NCBI GenBank assembly: GCA_033764015.1
Contig: JANRJK010000017.1
Coordinates: forward strand, 1 to 64,000
Reading direction: 5' to 3'
Source: Candidatus Sumerlaeia bacterium
GTDB lineage: Bacteria; Sumerlaeota; Sumerlaeia; SLMS01; JANRJK01
DNA length: 64,000 nucleotides
The first letter of the stretch is position 1. Every line of letters starts with the position of its first letter. Below the pieces are notes generated by a model, which had not been told where the DNA came from, did not search any database, and saw only the letters and a program-made list of their open reading frames with translations. The translations under genes were made by a program, and so were the position numbers. This document shows, one piece after another, positions 41,295 to 53,280 of this stretch.

Positions 41295-42293
41295 TCAGCG
41301 CGCGATGCCCGCCTCGACAAGCTGGTGCAGGTGGACCATGCCTTCGAGCCGGCCTTCGGCATCGACCGCCGGGAGCACGGTGATCTTGTGCGTCTCCATC
41401 AGGTCCACGGCCTTCACGCCGAGCAGTTCCGCCGGCACGCGCTTGGGGTTATGCACCATCACTTCGCGGATCGGGACATTGTCGGCGATGGTGTGGCGCA
41501 GGCACCACAAGCGGCGGAAGTCGCCGTCGGTGAAGATGCCCACCAGACGCCGCTCCGCATCGATGATCGCGACCGCGCCGAGGCGCCCCTTGTTCAGGGC
41601 GTCGACCGCCTCCTGCAGCGTCACGTCCTCGCCGACCGCGGGCAGGTCGGCGCCCTTGCGCATCACGTCGGAGACCTTCATCAGCAGCCGCCGCCCCAGC
41701 GCCCCGAGCGGGTGCCGGATCGCGAAGTCCTCCGCGGTGAAGCCGCGCCGCCGGATCAGCGCCGCCGCCAAAGCGTCGCCGATCGCAAGCTGCAGCGTCG
41801 TGCTCGACATCGGCGCGAGGTTCAGCGGGCAGGCCTCCGCGTCGACGCGACTCTCGAGCACCACCTGCGCGCCCTGCGCCAGCGGCGACTCCGCGGAGCC
41901 GGTGACCGCCACCACGGGGACCGAGTGCGCGGTGAGGAACGGAAGCAGGTTCAGCACCTCCTCCGTCGCGCCGCTCTGCGAAAAGAGCAGCGCGGCGCTG
42001 CCGGAAACCACCATGCCGAGGTCGCCGTGCAGCGCCTCCGAGGCGTGGAGGAAAACCGCCGGCGTCCCGGTGGAGGCGAGCGTCGCGGCCACCTTCGCGG
42101 CGATGTGCCCGCTCTTGCCGAGACCGCTCACTACGACCGGCGCGCTCGCCGCGTGAAGCAGCCGCACCGCCTCGACGAAGCGCGAATCGTCGATACGCTC
42201 CGCGGCGGCGGCGAGCGCGGCGGACTCCGCCAGGAGCACGCGGCGCGCCTCGCTCTTCCAATCGTCCGGCTGTGTGGCGATTCCAACAGGCAT
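41295..42293 (-). CDS. kdsD: KpsF/GutQ family arabinose-5-phosphate isomerase (SIS plus CBS domains)
   Basis: GLGKSGHIA.K.AATLASTGTP, EALHGDLG, SQSG.T.E, EACPLNLAP, HP.GALG, GIFTDGD. Confidence 0.9.
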   Translation of the reverse strand: MPVGIATQPDDWKSEARRVLLAESAALAAAAERIDDSRFVEAVRLLHAASAPVVVSGLGKSGHIAAKVAATLASTGTPAVFLHASEALHGDLGMVVSGSAALLFSQSGATEEVLNLLPFLTAHSVPVVAVTGSAESPLAQGAQVVLESRVDAEACPLNLAPMSSTTLQLAIGDALAAALIRRRGFTAEDFAIRHPLGALGRRLLMKVSDVMRKGADLPAVGEDVTLQEAVDALNKGRLGAVAIIDAERRLVGIFTDGDFRRLWCLRHTIADNVPIREVMVHNPKRVPAELLGVKAVDLMETHKITVLPAVDAEGRLEGMVHLHQLVEAGIAR

Positions 42294-42388
42294 GCGTGGA
42301 TGCTGGCCACCGGCGCGCACGGCTGCAAGGACGAGCTTGGCACTTCCCGGTTGCGAAACAGGGGGGAGGTCCGACGCACTGGCCGCCT

Positions 42389-44257
42389 ATGGATGAGGAC
42401 CCTAGGCCCCGATCCGCGAGCAACTCGAAGACGGTGGCCCGCATCCTGCGCCAGCAGGCCGCGGAGCCGCCGCCGCGCCGAAGCGGCCGGGCCCAGGCGT
42501 ACCTGCGGGCGTGGGTCGCCGAGCAGTTCCCCCCGGCGCGCCGCGTCGCCGCCCTTGCGATCCCCGTCGGCCTCATCGCGGGGCTGATCGCCTCGGCCTA
42601 CCGCCGGGTCCTGGGCTTCCATTTCGAGCGCGAGGCCCTCGGACCCCTGTCGAGCTTGCTGGCGGGCCTCCTCACCGTCGTCGCCCCGGTGGCGGGCTGC
42701 GTGATCGCCGTGGCGATCCTCGGCAACGTCGAGGGGCGCGAACGCGTCCGCACCGGCATGAACGAGGTGATCCGCGCGCTGACCACCGGGCACTTCAGCG
42801 GACTCAACTGGCGCACGGGCCTCCATGCGGCGCTTTCGCTCTTCACGATCAAGTCCGGCGCCTCCGCCGGCCCCGAGGGCCCCATCGCCGAGCTGGGCGC
42901 CCTGACCGGAATCGGCCTCGCGCGCGGCGCGCGGCTCACCAGCGGCGACGTCAACACCATCGCCGCCTGCGGCACCGCGGCGGGCATCGCGGCGGTGTTC
43001 AACGCTCCGCTCGGCGGCATCCTGTTCGCCATCGAGATCATCCTCGGCAGCTTCACGCTCGCGTCGGCGATTCCCATCGTCCTCGCGGCGGTGACCGGCG
43101 CGGCGGTATCCCGCGCGATCTTCGGGCAGGAGTCGATCTTCTCCCCTCCCGCCCCCGATGTGGTCCATATCGGGCAGTTGCCCCTGTTCCTCCTGCTGGG
43201 CGCGGGGGCGGGACTCGTCGCCTCGGCGTTCCTGCACCTGGTCCGGCTGGCGCGGGCGCGTTTCCCGGCGCGGCTTCGCCACTCCATCGCCGGGGCCGCC
43301 CTCGCGGGAGCGGCGTCCGGCGTGGCGGCGCTGCTGCTGCCGCAGGTCGGAGGCGAAGGCTACGAGGCCATCAACGAATTCCTCCGCATGGCGGAGTTCA
43401 CTCCGGTCCTGATCGCCATTGTCGTGGCGAAGGGCGTCTGCACCACGCTGGTGGTCGCGTCCGGCACACCCGGCGGAGCCTTCGCGCCGTCGCTGGTGAT
43501 GGGGGCTGGGCTCGGCGCGCTCGCGGCCACCGCGTTCCCGGGCGCCTTCGGTTCGACCGCCGGCGACGTGTCGATCACGGTGCTCGCCGGCATGGGGGCG
43601 ATGGTGGCCGGGGTGTTCCACGCGCCGCTGACCGCCCTGCTGATCCTCTTCGAGATCACCGGCAGCGACCCGGCGGTGATCGTGCCCGTCCTCGCCAGCA
43701 CGGGCGTCGCCGCGATGCTCGCCAACCAGCTCACCACCGGCAGCTTCTACGAGCAGTCGCTCATCGACTCGGGCTTCGACCGGCGGCGCTACGCGGGCCT
43801 GGCGCACGTCACCTCGCGCCGCGCGGCGGACTTCGCCGACACCGTCGTCGACATCCTCGCGGAGGACGACACGCTCTCGGAGGTCTTCAAGGCCTTCGCC
43901 GAAGGGGAAGGGGACGCGATCCTGGTGATCGACGACGACGGCGCCATCACGGGGCTGGTCACGCTGGCGGAGATCCGCCAGTCGCTCGCGCTCACGGACT
44001 CGCCGACGCTTCTGCTGGCGAAGGAGATCGCCCGCCCGGTCCCCCCCGCGACCACCGCCGCGATCAGCGTCTTCGACGCGCTGCGCCTGATGGAGCACGA
44101 GGAGACCGACCTGCTCCTGGTGGTGCGCACCGCCGCCGCCGCGAAGCTCCGCGGCCTCTCCGAGGACGGCGACTGGCGCCACGCGCCGCTCACCCCCGAC
44201 ATCGTGCTCGGCACCCTGTCCGCAAAGGCGCTCGCGGGGCTCTCGACGAAGCGCTGA
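42389..44257 (+). CDS. ClC-family chloride channel/transporter with C-terminal CBS domains
   Basis: GASAGPEGP (gating Glu), GIAAVFNAPLGG..F..E, GGAFAPSL, APLT..L..FE.TG, SFY. Confidence 0.9.
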   Translation: MDEDPRPRSASNSKTVARILRQQAAEPPPRRSGRAQAYLRAWVAEQFPPARRVAALAIPVGLIAGLIASAYRRVLGFHFEREALGPLSSLLAGLLTVVAPVAGCVIAVAILGNVEGRERVRTGMNEVIRALTTGHFSGLNWRTGLHAALSLFTIKSGASAGPEGPIAELGALTGIGLARGARLTSGDVNTIAACGTAAGIAAVFNAPLGGILFAIEIILGSFTLASAIPIVLAAVTGAAVSRAIFGQESIFSPPAPDVVHIGQLPLFLLLGAGAGLVASAFLHLVRLARARFPARLRHSIAGAALAGAASGVAALLLPQVGGEGYEAINEFLRMAEFTPVLIAIVVAKGVCTTLVVASGTPGGAFAPSLVMGAGLGALAATAFPGAFGSTAGDVSITVLAGMGAMVAGVFHAPLTALLILFEITGSDPAVIVPVLASTGVAAMLANQLTTGSFYEQSLIDSGFDRRRYAGLAHVTSRRAADFADTVVDILAEDDTLSEVFKAFAEGEGDAILVIDDDGAITGLVTLAEIRQSLALTDSPTLLLAKEIARPVPPATTAAISVFDALRLMEHEETDLLLVVRTAAAAKLRGLSEDGDWRHAPLTPDIVLGTLSAKALAGLSTKR

Positions 44258-44262
44258 CCCCG

Positions 44263-45765
<1,503 letters not shown>

Positions 45766-45797
45766 GGCTGAAGGCTCTCGGGTCGCAGGTGCCTGGA

Positions 45798-45826
45798 AGT
45801 ATGCGACGCCGCCCGGGCCACGGCAA
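45798..45826 (-). promoter_or_regulatory. Candidate sigma70-type promoter of the NtrC-family regulator
   Basis: Minus strand TTGCCG-N17-CATACT about 33 nt upstream of the ATG. Confidence 0.45.
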
Positions 45827-45886
45827 GGTGGTTGCGGCGAACCTCCCGCGGGGGAGCGCCTTCGCGACGGGTCTTTCGCGCCCGAC

Positions 45887-45926
45887 AAACGAAAGACCGG
45901 GAGAGGCGCGAGGCTCTCTCCCGGTC
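45887..45926 (-). terminator. Intrinsic terminator after the pilin gene
   Basis: Stem GACCGGGAGAG/CTCTCCCGGTC followed on the minus strand by TTTCGTTT. Confidence 0.75.
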
Positions 45927-45961
45927 GAGGCAGGGGTTGGTGGTGGCGGGTGTACGGGTGA

Positions 45962-46318
45962 TTACGGGGTGACCGTGGGGTAGGTGTGGAAGAACGGGCC
46001 GACGTTGCGAATCGAGCAACCCGGAGGGGCGTCGACGGGGTTGATGATATAGGTACCGCCACCGGGGCAGATCGGCCAGCGGCGGACGTACAAGGTCTCG
46101 CCCGCAAGGTCGGTCGAGCCCGGCGCGGCGGTCGGGCCTTGGCGGAGCTCAAGGGCCCACTGCTGCTTTGCGCCGTCGATCTTCACCATGTTCTCCTGAC
46201 AGGCCTGCTGCTGGGAGATGAGGCGGGCGCGAAGGAAGCCCGGGACCGCGATCGCGATCAGGATGCCGATGATCGCCACGACGATCATGATTTCTACGAG
46301 GGTGAAGGCCTTCTTCAT
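45962..46318 (-). CDS. Type IV pilin/pseudopilin with prepilin N-terminal cleavage/methylation motif
   Basis: MKKA|FTLVEIMIVVAIIGILIAIAVP with Glu at +5; AGGAG RBS; has its own promoter and terminator. Confidence 0.92.
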   Translation of the reverse strand: MKKAFTLVEIMIVVAIIGILIAIAVPGFLRARLISQQQACQENMVKIDGAKQQWALELRQGPTAAPGSTDLAGETLYVRRWPICPGGGTYIINPVDAPPGCSIRNVGPFFHTYPTVTP

Positions 46319-46372
46319 CTGGGGATTCTCCTGAGGGGGTTTTGCGGGTTACCACCTGCGCCGCACTCGGGG

Positions 46373-46401
46373 TTTTTACTTAGCGACCCGCCCCATGTCA
46401 A
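46373..46401 (-). promoter_or_regulatory. Candidate sigma70 promoter of the pilin gene
   Basis: Minus strand TTGACA-N17-TAAAAA, with a perfect -35. Confidence 0.6.
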
Positions 46402-46672
46402 CCCCCCTCACGGGCGGTTTTCTCAGCAATTGCTGAAATCAAACAGGTTAGAACCCAAAGAAAACTGCGGCACACCCTTACTTTTGGCGATTGTTCTCTC
46501 AGGGATACCCCTGATAGGCAGCCAAAGGAGCGGTGCCAAAGCAAGCCGGGAAGCGCCGCGGTAGCCTGCGTTGGGGCTGCCAAAACTCCGCTTGCTTCGT
46601 AGCGGATAGAGCGGACAACGATGCTCCGCACAGGGCGGCTTGTCCGTCCGCATCCCACCCACCGCGAATGCC

Positions 46673-48103
46673 ATGGACCTCGATGTTGTCCTGCTCTCAC
46701 GCATCCAGTTCGCGCTGACGATCGCGTTCCACTACCTTTACCCCCCGCTCAGCATCGGACTCGGTGTCCTCCTCGTCGTCATGGAGGGCATGTACCTGAA
46801 GACAGGGAATCCCCTGTACCACAAGATGACCAAGTTCTGGGTGAAGATCTTCGGCCTCACGTTCGGGCTCGGGGTCGCCTCCGGAATCGTGATGGAGTTC
46901 GAGTTCGGTACCAACTGGGCCACCTACTCGCGCTTCGTGGGCGACGTGTTCGGCTCGGCGCTCGCCGCCGAGGGCATCTTCGCCTTCTTCCTCGAGTCCG
47001 GCTTCCTGGCCGTGCTCCTCTTCGGCTGGGACAAGGTCTCGAAGAAGATGCACTTCTTCTCCACCCTGATGGTGAGCCTCGGCTCGATGTTCTCCGCCGT
47101 CTGGATCGTGGTGGCGAACAGCTGGCAGCAGACGCCGACGGGCTTCCACATCGTGGGCGAGGGCCTCGACGCCCGCGCCGAGATCACCGATTTCTGGGCG
47201 ATGGTCTTCAACCCATCCAGCATGGCGCGGCTCAGCCACGTGCTGCTCGGCGCCTACATCCAGGGCGCGTTCCTCGTGCTCAGCATCGCCGCCTGGTACC
47301 TGCTCAAGAACCGCCACCACGAGTTCGCCAAGAAGAGCTTCGTGATCGCGCTGGCGCTGGCGGCGGTGGCGTCCACCGCGCAGCCCCTCGTCGGGCACTG
47401 GAGCGCGATGATCGTCGCCGAGCACCAGCCCGCCAAGCTGGCCGCCTTCGAGGGCGTCTACAAGACCGAGGAATCGACGCCGCTCTACCTCTTCGGCATC
47501 CCGAACAACGAGACGGAAACCGTGGCCGGCATCGCGGTGCCGGGGATGCTGAGCTTCCTGGTGCACGGGGACTTCACCACGCCGGTGACGGGCCTCGACC
47601 AGTTCGCCCCGGAGGACCGCCCGCCGGTGCACCTGCCCTTCCAGACCTACCACATCATGATCGCGCTCGGGATGTTCTTCATCGGCATCACCTGGCTCGC
47701 GTTCTTCATGCTGTGGCGCGGCAAGCTGTTCGAGACGCGCTGGCTGCTTTGGGTGTTCGTCTTCTCCGTGGTCGCTCCGTTCGTCGCAAACCAGGCGGGG
47801 TGGTTCGCCGCCGAGGTGGGCCGCCAGCCATGGATCGTCTACGGGCTCCTGCGCACCAGCGACGGCGTATCGAAGGCGGTGCAGGCCAACGCGGTGCTGA
47901 CGTCGCTGATCATGTTCACGCTGATCTACGCGCTGCTCTTCGCGATGTTCCTGTATCTGCTCGACCGCAAGATCAAGGCGGGGCCGGACGTCGAGGAGTA
48001 CAGCGTCGCGCCGGAGGAGTCGAACCTCGCGGAGGCGGTCACCGCCCGCAAGCACGGCGGCGGCGCGATGCTCGATGTCGGCGACCAAGGCAAGGAGGTG
48101 TAA
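46673..48103 (+). CDS. cydA: Cytochrome bd ubiquinol oxidase subunit I
   Basis: [50 protein letters not shown]. Confidence 0.96.
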   Translation: MDLDVVLLSRIQFALTIAFHYLYPPLSIGLGVLLVVMEGMYLKTGNPLYHKMTKFWVKIFGLTFGLGVASGIVMEFEFGTNWATYSRFVGDVFGSALAAEGIFAFFLESGFLAVLLFGWDKVSKKMHFFSTLMVSLGSMFSAVWIVVANSWQQTPTGFHIVGEGLDARAEITDFWAMVFNPSSMARLSHVLLGAYIQGAFLVLSIAAWYLLKNRHHEFAKKSFVIALALAAVASTAQPLVGHWSAMIVAEHQPAKLAAFEGVYKTEESTPLYLFGIPNNETETVAGIAVPGMLSFLVHGDFTTPVTGLDQFAPEDRPPVHLPFQTYHIMIALGMFFIGITWLAFFMLWRGKLFETRWLLWVFVFSVVAPFVANQAGWFAAEVGRQPWIVYGLLRTSDGVSKAVQANAVLTSLIMFTLIYALLFAMFLYLLDRKIKAGPDVEEYSVAPEESNLAEAVTARKHGGGAMLDVGDQGKEV

Positions 48104-48109
48104 CCGCAC

Positions 48110-49126
48110 ATGGACCTCAACATCATCTGGTTCCTTCTCGTCGGTGTTCTCCTGGTCGGCTACGCGATCCTCGACGGTTTCGACCTAGGTGTGGGCGCGC
48201 TGCACCTGTTCTCGAAGGGCGACCTCGAGCGGCGCACGATGCTCAACGCGATCGGCCCCGTGTGGGACGGCAACGAGGTGTGGCTGGTGACCGGCGGCGG
48301 CGCGCTGTTCGCCGCGTTCCCGCACGCGTACGCCACCGCGTTCAGCGGCTTCTACCTAGCCTTCATGATCCTGCTCTGCTGCCTGATCTTCCGGGCGGTC
48401 GCCATCGAGTTCCGCTCGAAGGAGCCGATGGCCTGGTGGCGCAAGACCTGGGACGCCGCTTTCTCGGTCTCCAGCATCGTCGCCTCGATCCTCTTCGGCG
48501 TCGCGGTCGGCAACCTCGTCATGGGCATGCCGATCGGGGCCGACAAGGAGTACGCGGGCGGCTTCTTCGACCTGCTGCGGCCCTACGCGCTGCTGGTCGG
48601 CGTGTTCAACCTCTCGATGTTCGCCATGCACGGTGCGATCTATGTGTACCTCAAGACCGAGGGCCCGCTGCAGGAGAAGTCGAAGAAGTGGATCATCCAC
48701 ACCGTGGCCCTGTTCGTGGTGATGTACGTGCTGACGACGATCGCGACGCTCGTGTCGCAGCCCGCGATGCTCGAAAACTTCCAGCGCTACCCATGGGCGT
48801 GGGGCATCGTGGTGGTGAACGTGCTGGCAATCGCGAACATCCCGCGCTCGGTGTACTACAACCAGCCCGGGCGCGCGTTCCTCTCATCCTGCGTGACGGT
48901 GACGATGCTCATCGCGCTGCTCGGCGTCGGCATCTTCCCGAACCTGATCCCCTCGACGCTCAACCCGGAGTGGAACCTCGACATCTACAACGCGGCGTCC
49001 TCGCAGAAGACGCTGAAGATCATGCTGATCATCGCCGTCATGGGCGTGCCCGTGGTGCTGGCGTACACGGCGTCGATCTACTGGATCTTCCGCGGCAAGG
49101 TGAAGCTCTCGCAATTCAGCTACTGA
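48110..49126 (+). CDS. cydB: Cytochrome bd ubiquinol oxidase subunit II
   Basis: LDGFDLGVG, IGPVWDGNEVWL, FAAFP, FR.VAIEFR, NAASS, FRGKV. Confidence 0.96.
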   Translation: MDLNIIWFLLVGVLLVGYAILDGFDLGVGALHLFSKGDLERRTMLNAIGPVWDGNEVWLVTGGGALFAAFPHAYATAFSGFYLAFMILLCCLIFRAVAIEFRSKEPMAWWRKTWDAAFSVSSIVASILFGVAVGNLVMGMPIGADKEYAGGFFDLLRPYALLVGVFNLSMFAMHGAIYVYLKTEGPLQEKSKKWIIHTVALFVVMYVLTTIATLVSQPAMLENFQRYPWAWGIVVVNVLAIANIPRSVYYNQPGRAFLSSCVTVTMLIALLGVGIFPNLIPSTLNPEWNLDIYNAASSQKTLKIMLIIAVMGVPVVLAYTASIYWIFRGKVKLSQFSY

Positions 49127-49163
49127 CCGCGGGCCCTGCCTGGAGAAGCCTCGGCCGGACGCA

Positions 49164-49198
49164 CCCCGGAGCCCCCAAGGCTCCGGGGCGCTTGCGTT
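49164..49198 (+). terminator. Possible terminator hairpin after cydB
   Basis: CCCCGGAGCC-CCCAA-GGCTCCGGGG with only a weak U-tract. Confidence 0.45.
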
Positions 49199-49616
49199 CG
49201 GCCCGGCCGCGACGCGGAGCGGGGCAAGTCCGCCGCCGCCCCTCCGCGGGGAGCTGGCGAAGTGGCGGCGCGGGGAGTCGTCGCGCGGGCCGGCGGTTTG
49301 CCGGGCGCCTGATGAAGCGCGTTCGGCAATTTTTTATAGACCTGCTGCGAGTTTGAAAATCCGAAATAAAAATATGTCGGCCTGTGCCGTCGTTGGCGCA
49401 ATGCGCGTCGCGCCGCCAGCGCTCTGGTGCATGCTGCTATCCAATTAAAATCAGCTGTTTATCGCGTCGTGCGGCCCCGGGCTTTTTACTTCGGATAGTC
49501 TGGTTTGTGGATTTTATCCAAAAGTAAAATCAAAAATTGGTTGCCGTCGCCGCGGAAATCGGGTTCTTTAGTTGGTCATCAATGTAGAACCCGCAAGACG
49601 CGAAAGGATTCCACCG

Positions 49617-52600
49617 ATGAACAATCGGTCCGCCCGTCGTCCCGCCGAACTGGCCGCCTTCCTGGCCGCCGCGGCGTTCGCCGCAACCGTCTCCACCGCT
49701 CCCGCGCAAGGCACCGCGCCCCGCACCGGCTGGCTCTGGCACATGCACCAGCCCATCTACTGGAACGACCAGTCGCGCGTCGCCGGAACCGGCGACCGCT
49801 ACGAGTACGTCTGGGAGTCGATCCAGTACAAGGACGCGAACGCCGGCGCCCACCCCTACGACAACATCCGCGACATCTTCGGCATCGACGACCGCCGCGC
49901 CGCCTACCAGTACCGCCCGAAGGACGCCGTCTCCTCCATCGCCCACCTCCCGAAGGCGGGCGTGCAGCTCACCTACTCCGGCGCGCTGATGGAGAACGTG
50001 AACAGCCTCGGCCAGGCGTACCAGCTCGGCTACTCGCCGTCCTGGAACCAGTTCATGCGCGACGGCTTCAGCTGGAAGACGCAGGGCGGCAAGCCGCGCA
50101 TCGACACCGTGAACTTCTCGTTCCACCACGCGCTGCTGGCGCTCCACAACCCCGAGACGGTGTACATGGAGCTGCGCCTCCACCAGGAGAAGGTGAAGGA
50201 GGTCGTCGGCGCGGACGCGGTCTCCCGCGGCCTCTTCCCGACGGAGCTCTGCTTCTCCACGCGCCTGATCCCGACGCTCAAGCAGCTCGGAATCGAGTGG
50301 ACCGTTGTCTCGAGCGAGCACATCGCGCGCGCCTGCCCCGACTTCCCGGTCCAGTTCGGCAGCGGCGGCGTGAACTGCGCCCCCCCGAACAAGGCGGACC
50401 AGATCAACCCGAACGGCGTGGACTTCCGCCGCCTGTCGATCTCGCGCGGCTGCGGACCGGTCGCCGCCAATCCGCTCAGCTACCAGGTGAACACCGCCAA
50501 GTACGTCGACCCCGACACCGGCGCCGAATCGAAGATCCTCGTCGTCCCCGCCGACCAGGCGCTGAGCTGGGTCGACGGCTACCAGTGCATCGGCAACGAC
50601 TTCCTGGCCGACATCAAGGCGAAGAACGATCCCGCGAACCCGTCGTTCCTGCTCTTCGCGCACGACGGCGACAACGCGTTCGGCGGCGGCTACAGCTACT
50701 ACATGGAATGCGTGCCGAACTACGCGAACGCCGCGAACTCGCAAGGCGTCCTGTCGAGCACCGTCGAGGAGTTCCTCAAGGACTTCCCGAACCACCCGCA
50801 GGTGATCCACGTCGAGGACGGCGGCTGGGTGAACGCCGATTCCGACTTCGGCTCGCCGACCTACATCAATTGGAACTACCCGCTGCTCAACGCCGCGGGC
50901 CAGGTCGACCCGGCGAACGGCTGGCACGAGAAGCCCCGCGACATGGCGATCTTCACCGCCGCGCTGAACCGCGTCCTCACCGCCCAGCAGATATCCGGCC
51001 TGCAGCCCAACTTCCAGAAGATCCTGCGCCCGGACTCGAACACCAACGCGCTCGACCGCGCGTGGCACTACTACCTCGGCAGCACCGACTCCGGGAACGT
51101 CTACTACGGATCGGCGCTCGACCTCGAGGTGAAGGCCACCATCGGCTGCAACGAGGCGGTCGAACACGCCGACCTGCTGATCGGCAGCGGCGCCGCCGAC
51201 GCGACGCCCCCCACCATCTGGCTGCCGCAGCGCTTCCCCTACAACCCGGGATCGATGAACTACGGCGTCGAGTTCGGCTACCGGCAGGTGGCGAACAACG
51301 GCGACTTCTGGATCTGGACCTTCATCTCCGACGTCAGCGGACCGGCTACCGCCACGCTCAAGTACCGCATCGACAAGGACGGCGCGAACCCGCTCGCCTC
51401 GAACCAGAACGAGACCTACGCCGGCGGCGCCGAGGTGAACGCCTGGGTCTCCGTCCCGATGAACCGCCGCGCCTTCCCGAAGGGGAACGTGTACAACAAC
51501 CCGCAGGACGACTTCTTCGAGCTGCCGACTTACATCTCCGACCACTACAGCGTCCAGCTCACCGGCATCCGCAGCAAGCTGCTCGACTACTACATCGAAT
51601 CCGTCGACGCGCGCGGCAACATCGCGCGCTCCCCGATCCAGCACGTCTGGGTCGGCGACGGCTCCGCCGCCACGCCAACGCCCACACCGACGCCGACGCC
51701 GGTCAACACGCGGGTCACGCTCTCGCCGAATCCGCCGGTCAAGGGGTCGACCGTCACGATCACCTACGACGCCACCGGGACCACTCTCGCCGGCGCCTCG
51801 ACGGTCAAGATCCACCTCGGCTCGAACAACTGGGCCACCGTGGTCGCCCCCGACCCGGCGATGACCTCGCTCGGATCGAACCGCTGGCGCCACACGTGGA
51901 CCGTCCCCGCCGCGGCCACGCAGATCGACATGGTCTTCAACAACGGCGGCTCCACCTGGGACAACAACGGCGGCGGCGACTGGCACTTCGCCACGACGGG
52001 CACCGGGCCCACGCCGACACCGACCGCCACGCCGACTCCGACTCCGACTCCGACGCCTACACCAACGCCGACTCCCACCGCCACCCCGACTCCGACGCCG
52101 ACGCCCACTCCGACACCTACGCCAACCCCCACGCCGACCCCGACTCCGACCGCGACGCCGAGCCCAACGCCCACGCCGTCGCCAACGCCCACCGCGACGC
52201 CGACGCCGACTCCGGCCCCGACGCCGATCCCCGGGCGGGTCGCGCTCGACATGTCCGCCCCGGTGAAGAGCGAAACCATCAAGATCTGCTACGATAAGCG
52301 TGGCGGTCCCCTCGCCGGCGCCGCGACGATCCAGCTCTACCACGGCATCAACAACTGGGCGACAGTCTACACCCAGAAGACCATGACCTACAACGCGGCC
52401 ACCGGCTTCTACGAGACCACTTGGGCCATTCCGGCGAACGCCAACCAGATCGACCTCGTCTTCAATAACGGCGCCAGCACCTGGGACAACAACACGAACA
52501 AGGACTGGCACTACACCACCAGCCGCGCCGCCACGAAGCCCGCCGTGCCGAACAAGGGCCAGAGCGTGACGGTGTACTACAACCCCGCCGGCGGCCCGAT

Positions 52601-52823
52601 CCCCACCACGACGACCACGGTCAAGATCCACCGCGGGCAAAACGGCTGGCTTAACGTGGTGACCCCCGACGCCTCGCTGACGAAGCAGACCAGCGGCGTT
52701 TGGAAGTTCACCTACACCGTGCCGACGACCGCGAACGTCCTCGACTTCGTGTTCAACAACGGCGGCTCGACCTGGGATAACAACGGCGGGAAGGACTGGC
52801 ACATCACGACGACTTCGCCGTAA
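49617..52823 (+). CDS. Secreted glycoside hydrolase family 57-like protein with three starch-binding (CBM25-like) modules and Pro/Thr linkers
   Basis: Signal peptide; WHMHQP, GLFPTE, HDGDN GH57-type conserved regions; three repeats of D(M/L/F)VFNNG.STWDNN...DWH; AAAGGA RBS. Confidence 0.8.
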   Translation: MNNRSARRPAELAAFLAAAAFAATVSTAPAQGTAPRTGWLWHMHQPIYWNDQSRVAGTGDRYEYVWESIQYKDANAGAHPYDNIRDIFGIDDRRAAYQYRPKDAVSSIAHLPKAGVQLTYSGALMENVNSLGQAYQLGYSPSWNQFMRDGFSWKTQGGKPRIDTVNFSFHHALLALHNPETVYMELRLHQEKVKEVVGADAVSRGLFPTELCFSTRLIPTLKQLGIEWTVVSSEHIARACPDFPVQFGSGGVNCAPPNKADQINPNGVDFRRLSISRGCGPVAANPLSYQVNTAKYVDPDTGAESKILVVPADQALSWVDGYQCIGNDFLADIKAKNDPANPSFLLFAHDGDNAFGGGYSYYMECVPNYANAANSQGVLSSTVEEFLKDFPNHPQVIHVEDGGWVNADSDFGSPTYINWNYPLLNAAGQVDPANGWHEKPRDMAIFTAALNRVLTAQQISGLQPNFQKILRPDSNTNALDRAWHYYLGSTDSGNVYYGSALDLEVKATIGCNEAVEHADLLIGSGAADATPPTIWLPQRFPYNPGSMNYGVEFGYRQVANNGDFWIWTFISDVSGPATATLKYRIDKDGANPLASNQNETYAGGAEVNAWVSVPMNRRAFPKGNVYNNPQDDFFELPTYISDHYSVQLTGIRSKLLDYYIESVDARGNIARSPIQHVWVGDGSAATPTPTPTPTPVNTRVTLSPNPPVKGSTVTITYDATGTTLAGASTVKIHLGSNNWATVVAPDPAMTSLGSNRWRHTWTVPAAATQIDMVFNNGGSTWDNNGGGDWHFATTGTGPTPTPTATPTPTPTPTPTPTPTPTATPTPTPTPTPTPTPTPTPTPTPTATPSPTPTPSPTPTATPTPTPAPTPIPGRVALDMSAPVKSETIKICYDKRGGPLAGAATIQLYHGINNWATVYTQKTMTYNAATGFYETTWAIPANANQIDLVFNNGASTWDNNTNKDWHYTTSRAATKPAVPNKGQSVTVYYNPAGGPIPTTTTTVKIHRGQNGWLNVVTPDASLTKQTSGVWKFTYTVPTTANVLDFVFNNGGSTWDNNGGKDWHITTTSP
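52008..52232 (+). repeat. Low-complexity (Pro-Thr)n linker repeat
   Basis: About 75 codons of alternating CCN/ACN encoding PTPTPT between CBM modules; a shorter copy lies at about 51670-51700. Confidence 0.9.
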
Positions 52824-52859
52824 CGAAGCATCTCGGTGCACATCCTCTCGGGCGACGAT

Positions 52860-52887
52860 CGGCCGGGGCCCTAACGGATCCCGGCCG
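52860..52887. terminator. Hairpin between convergent genes
   Basis: CGGCCGGG...CCCGGCCG stem. Confidence 0.4.
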
Positions 52888-52903
52888 GTTGGCATTTGAT
52901 GGA

Positions 52904-53266
52904 CTAGTGGGGTAGTTCGCTCGCCGCGATGATCGAACACGCCACGATGGCGCGCAGACCCAGCTCCTCCGCCTTCGCTACCGCCTCGTCCGATTCGGTG
53001 CCGGGATTCAGGTATACCTCGCCGACGCCGACCGCGGCGAGATCCTCGAGCACCGCCGGGACGAGCTCTGGCTGCAGGTAGAGCGACGCGGTCCCGACGC
53101 CCGCGGGCAGCTCGCGCGCGGAGCGCAGCACCGGCAGTCCCTCGATCTCCTGCTCGCGTGGGTTGATCGGGTAGACGGTCCATCCGCGGCGCAGGTACGC
53201 GCGCACGGCCTTGTTGCCGAACTTGGCGGGGTTGGCGGACGCGCCGACGATGGCGATGGCGGGCAT
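52904..53266 (-). CDS. CoA-binding domain protein
   Basis: IAIVGAS.NP.KFG, VYPINP...IEG, YLNPG.E, AC.I. Confidence 0.88.
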   Translation of the reverse strand: MPAIAIVGASANPAKFGNKAVRAYLRRGWTVYPINPREQEIEGLPVLRSARELPAGVGTASLYLQPELVPAVLEDLAAVGVGEVYLNPGTESDEAVAKAEELGLRAIVACSIIAASELPH

Positions 53267-53280
53267 GGGGCGGGGCTCCT

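Noticed and set aside
42338..42354. TGGCAC...TTGC sigma54-like element upstream of the ClC gene
   Set aside because: The GG-to-GC spacing is 12 rather than the strictly required 10.
45821..45926. Plus-strand sigma54-like motif CGGCAAGGTGGTTGC and alternative hairpins suggesting an antisense sRNA
   Set aside because: The same bases are explained by the minus-strand -35 of the regulator promoter and by the pilin terminator; no plus-strand gene follows.
49505..49522. DnaA-box-like sequences (TGTGGATTT, TTATCCAAA) suggesting oriC
   Set aside because: Only mismatched copies, no cluster of perfect boxes and no dnaA/dnaN context; better explained as part of the local operator-like motif.
51764..52282. 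(GV)n ORF and repeat array that could be mistaken for a CRISPR or separate gene
   Set aside because: It is the antisense reading of the Pro-Thr linker; there is no repeat-spacer structure and no cas gene.
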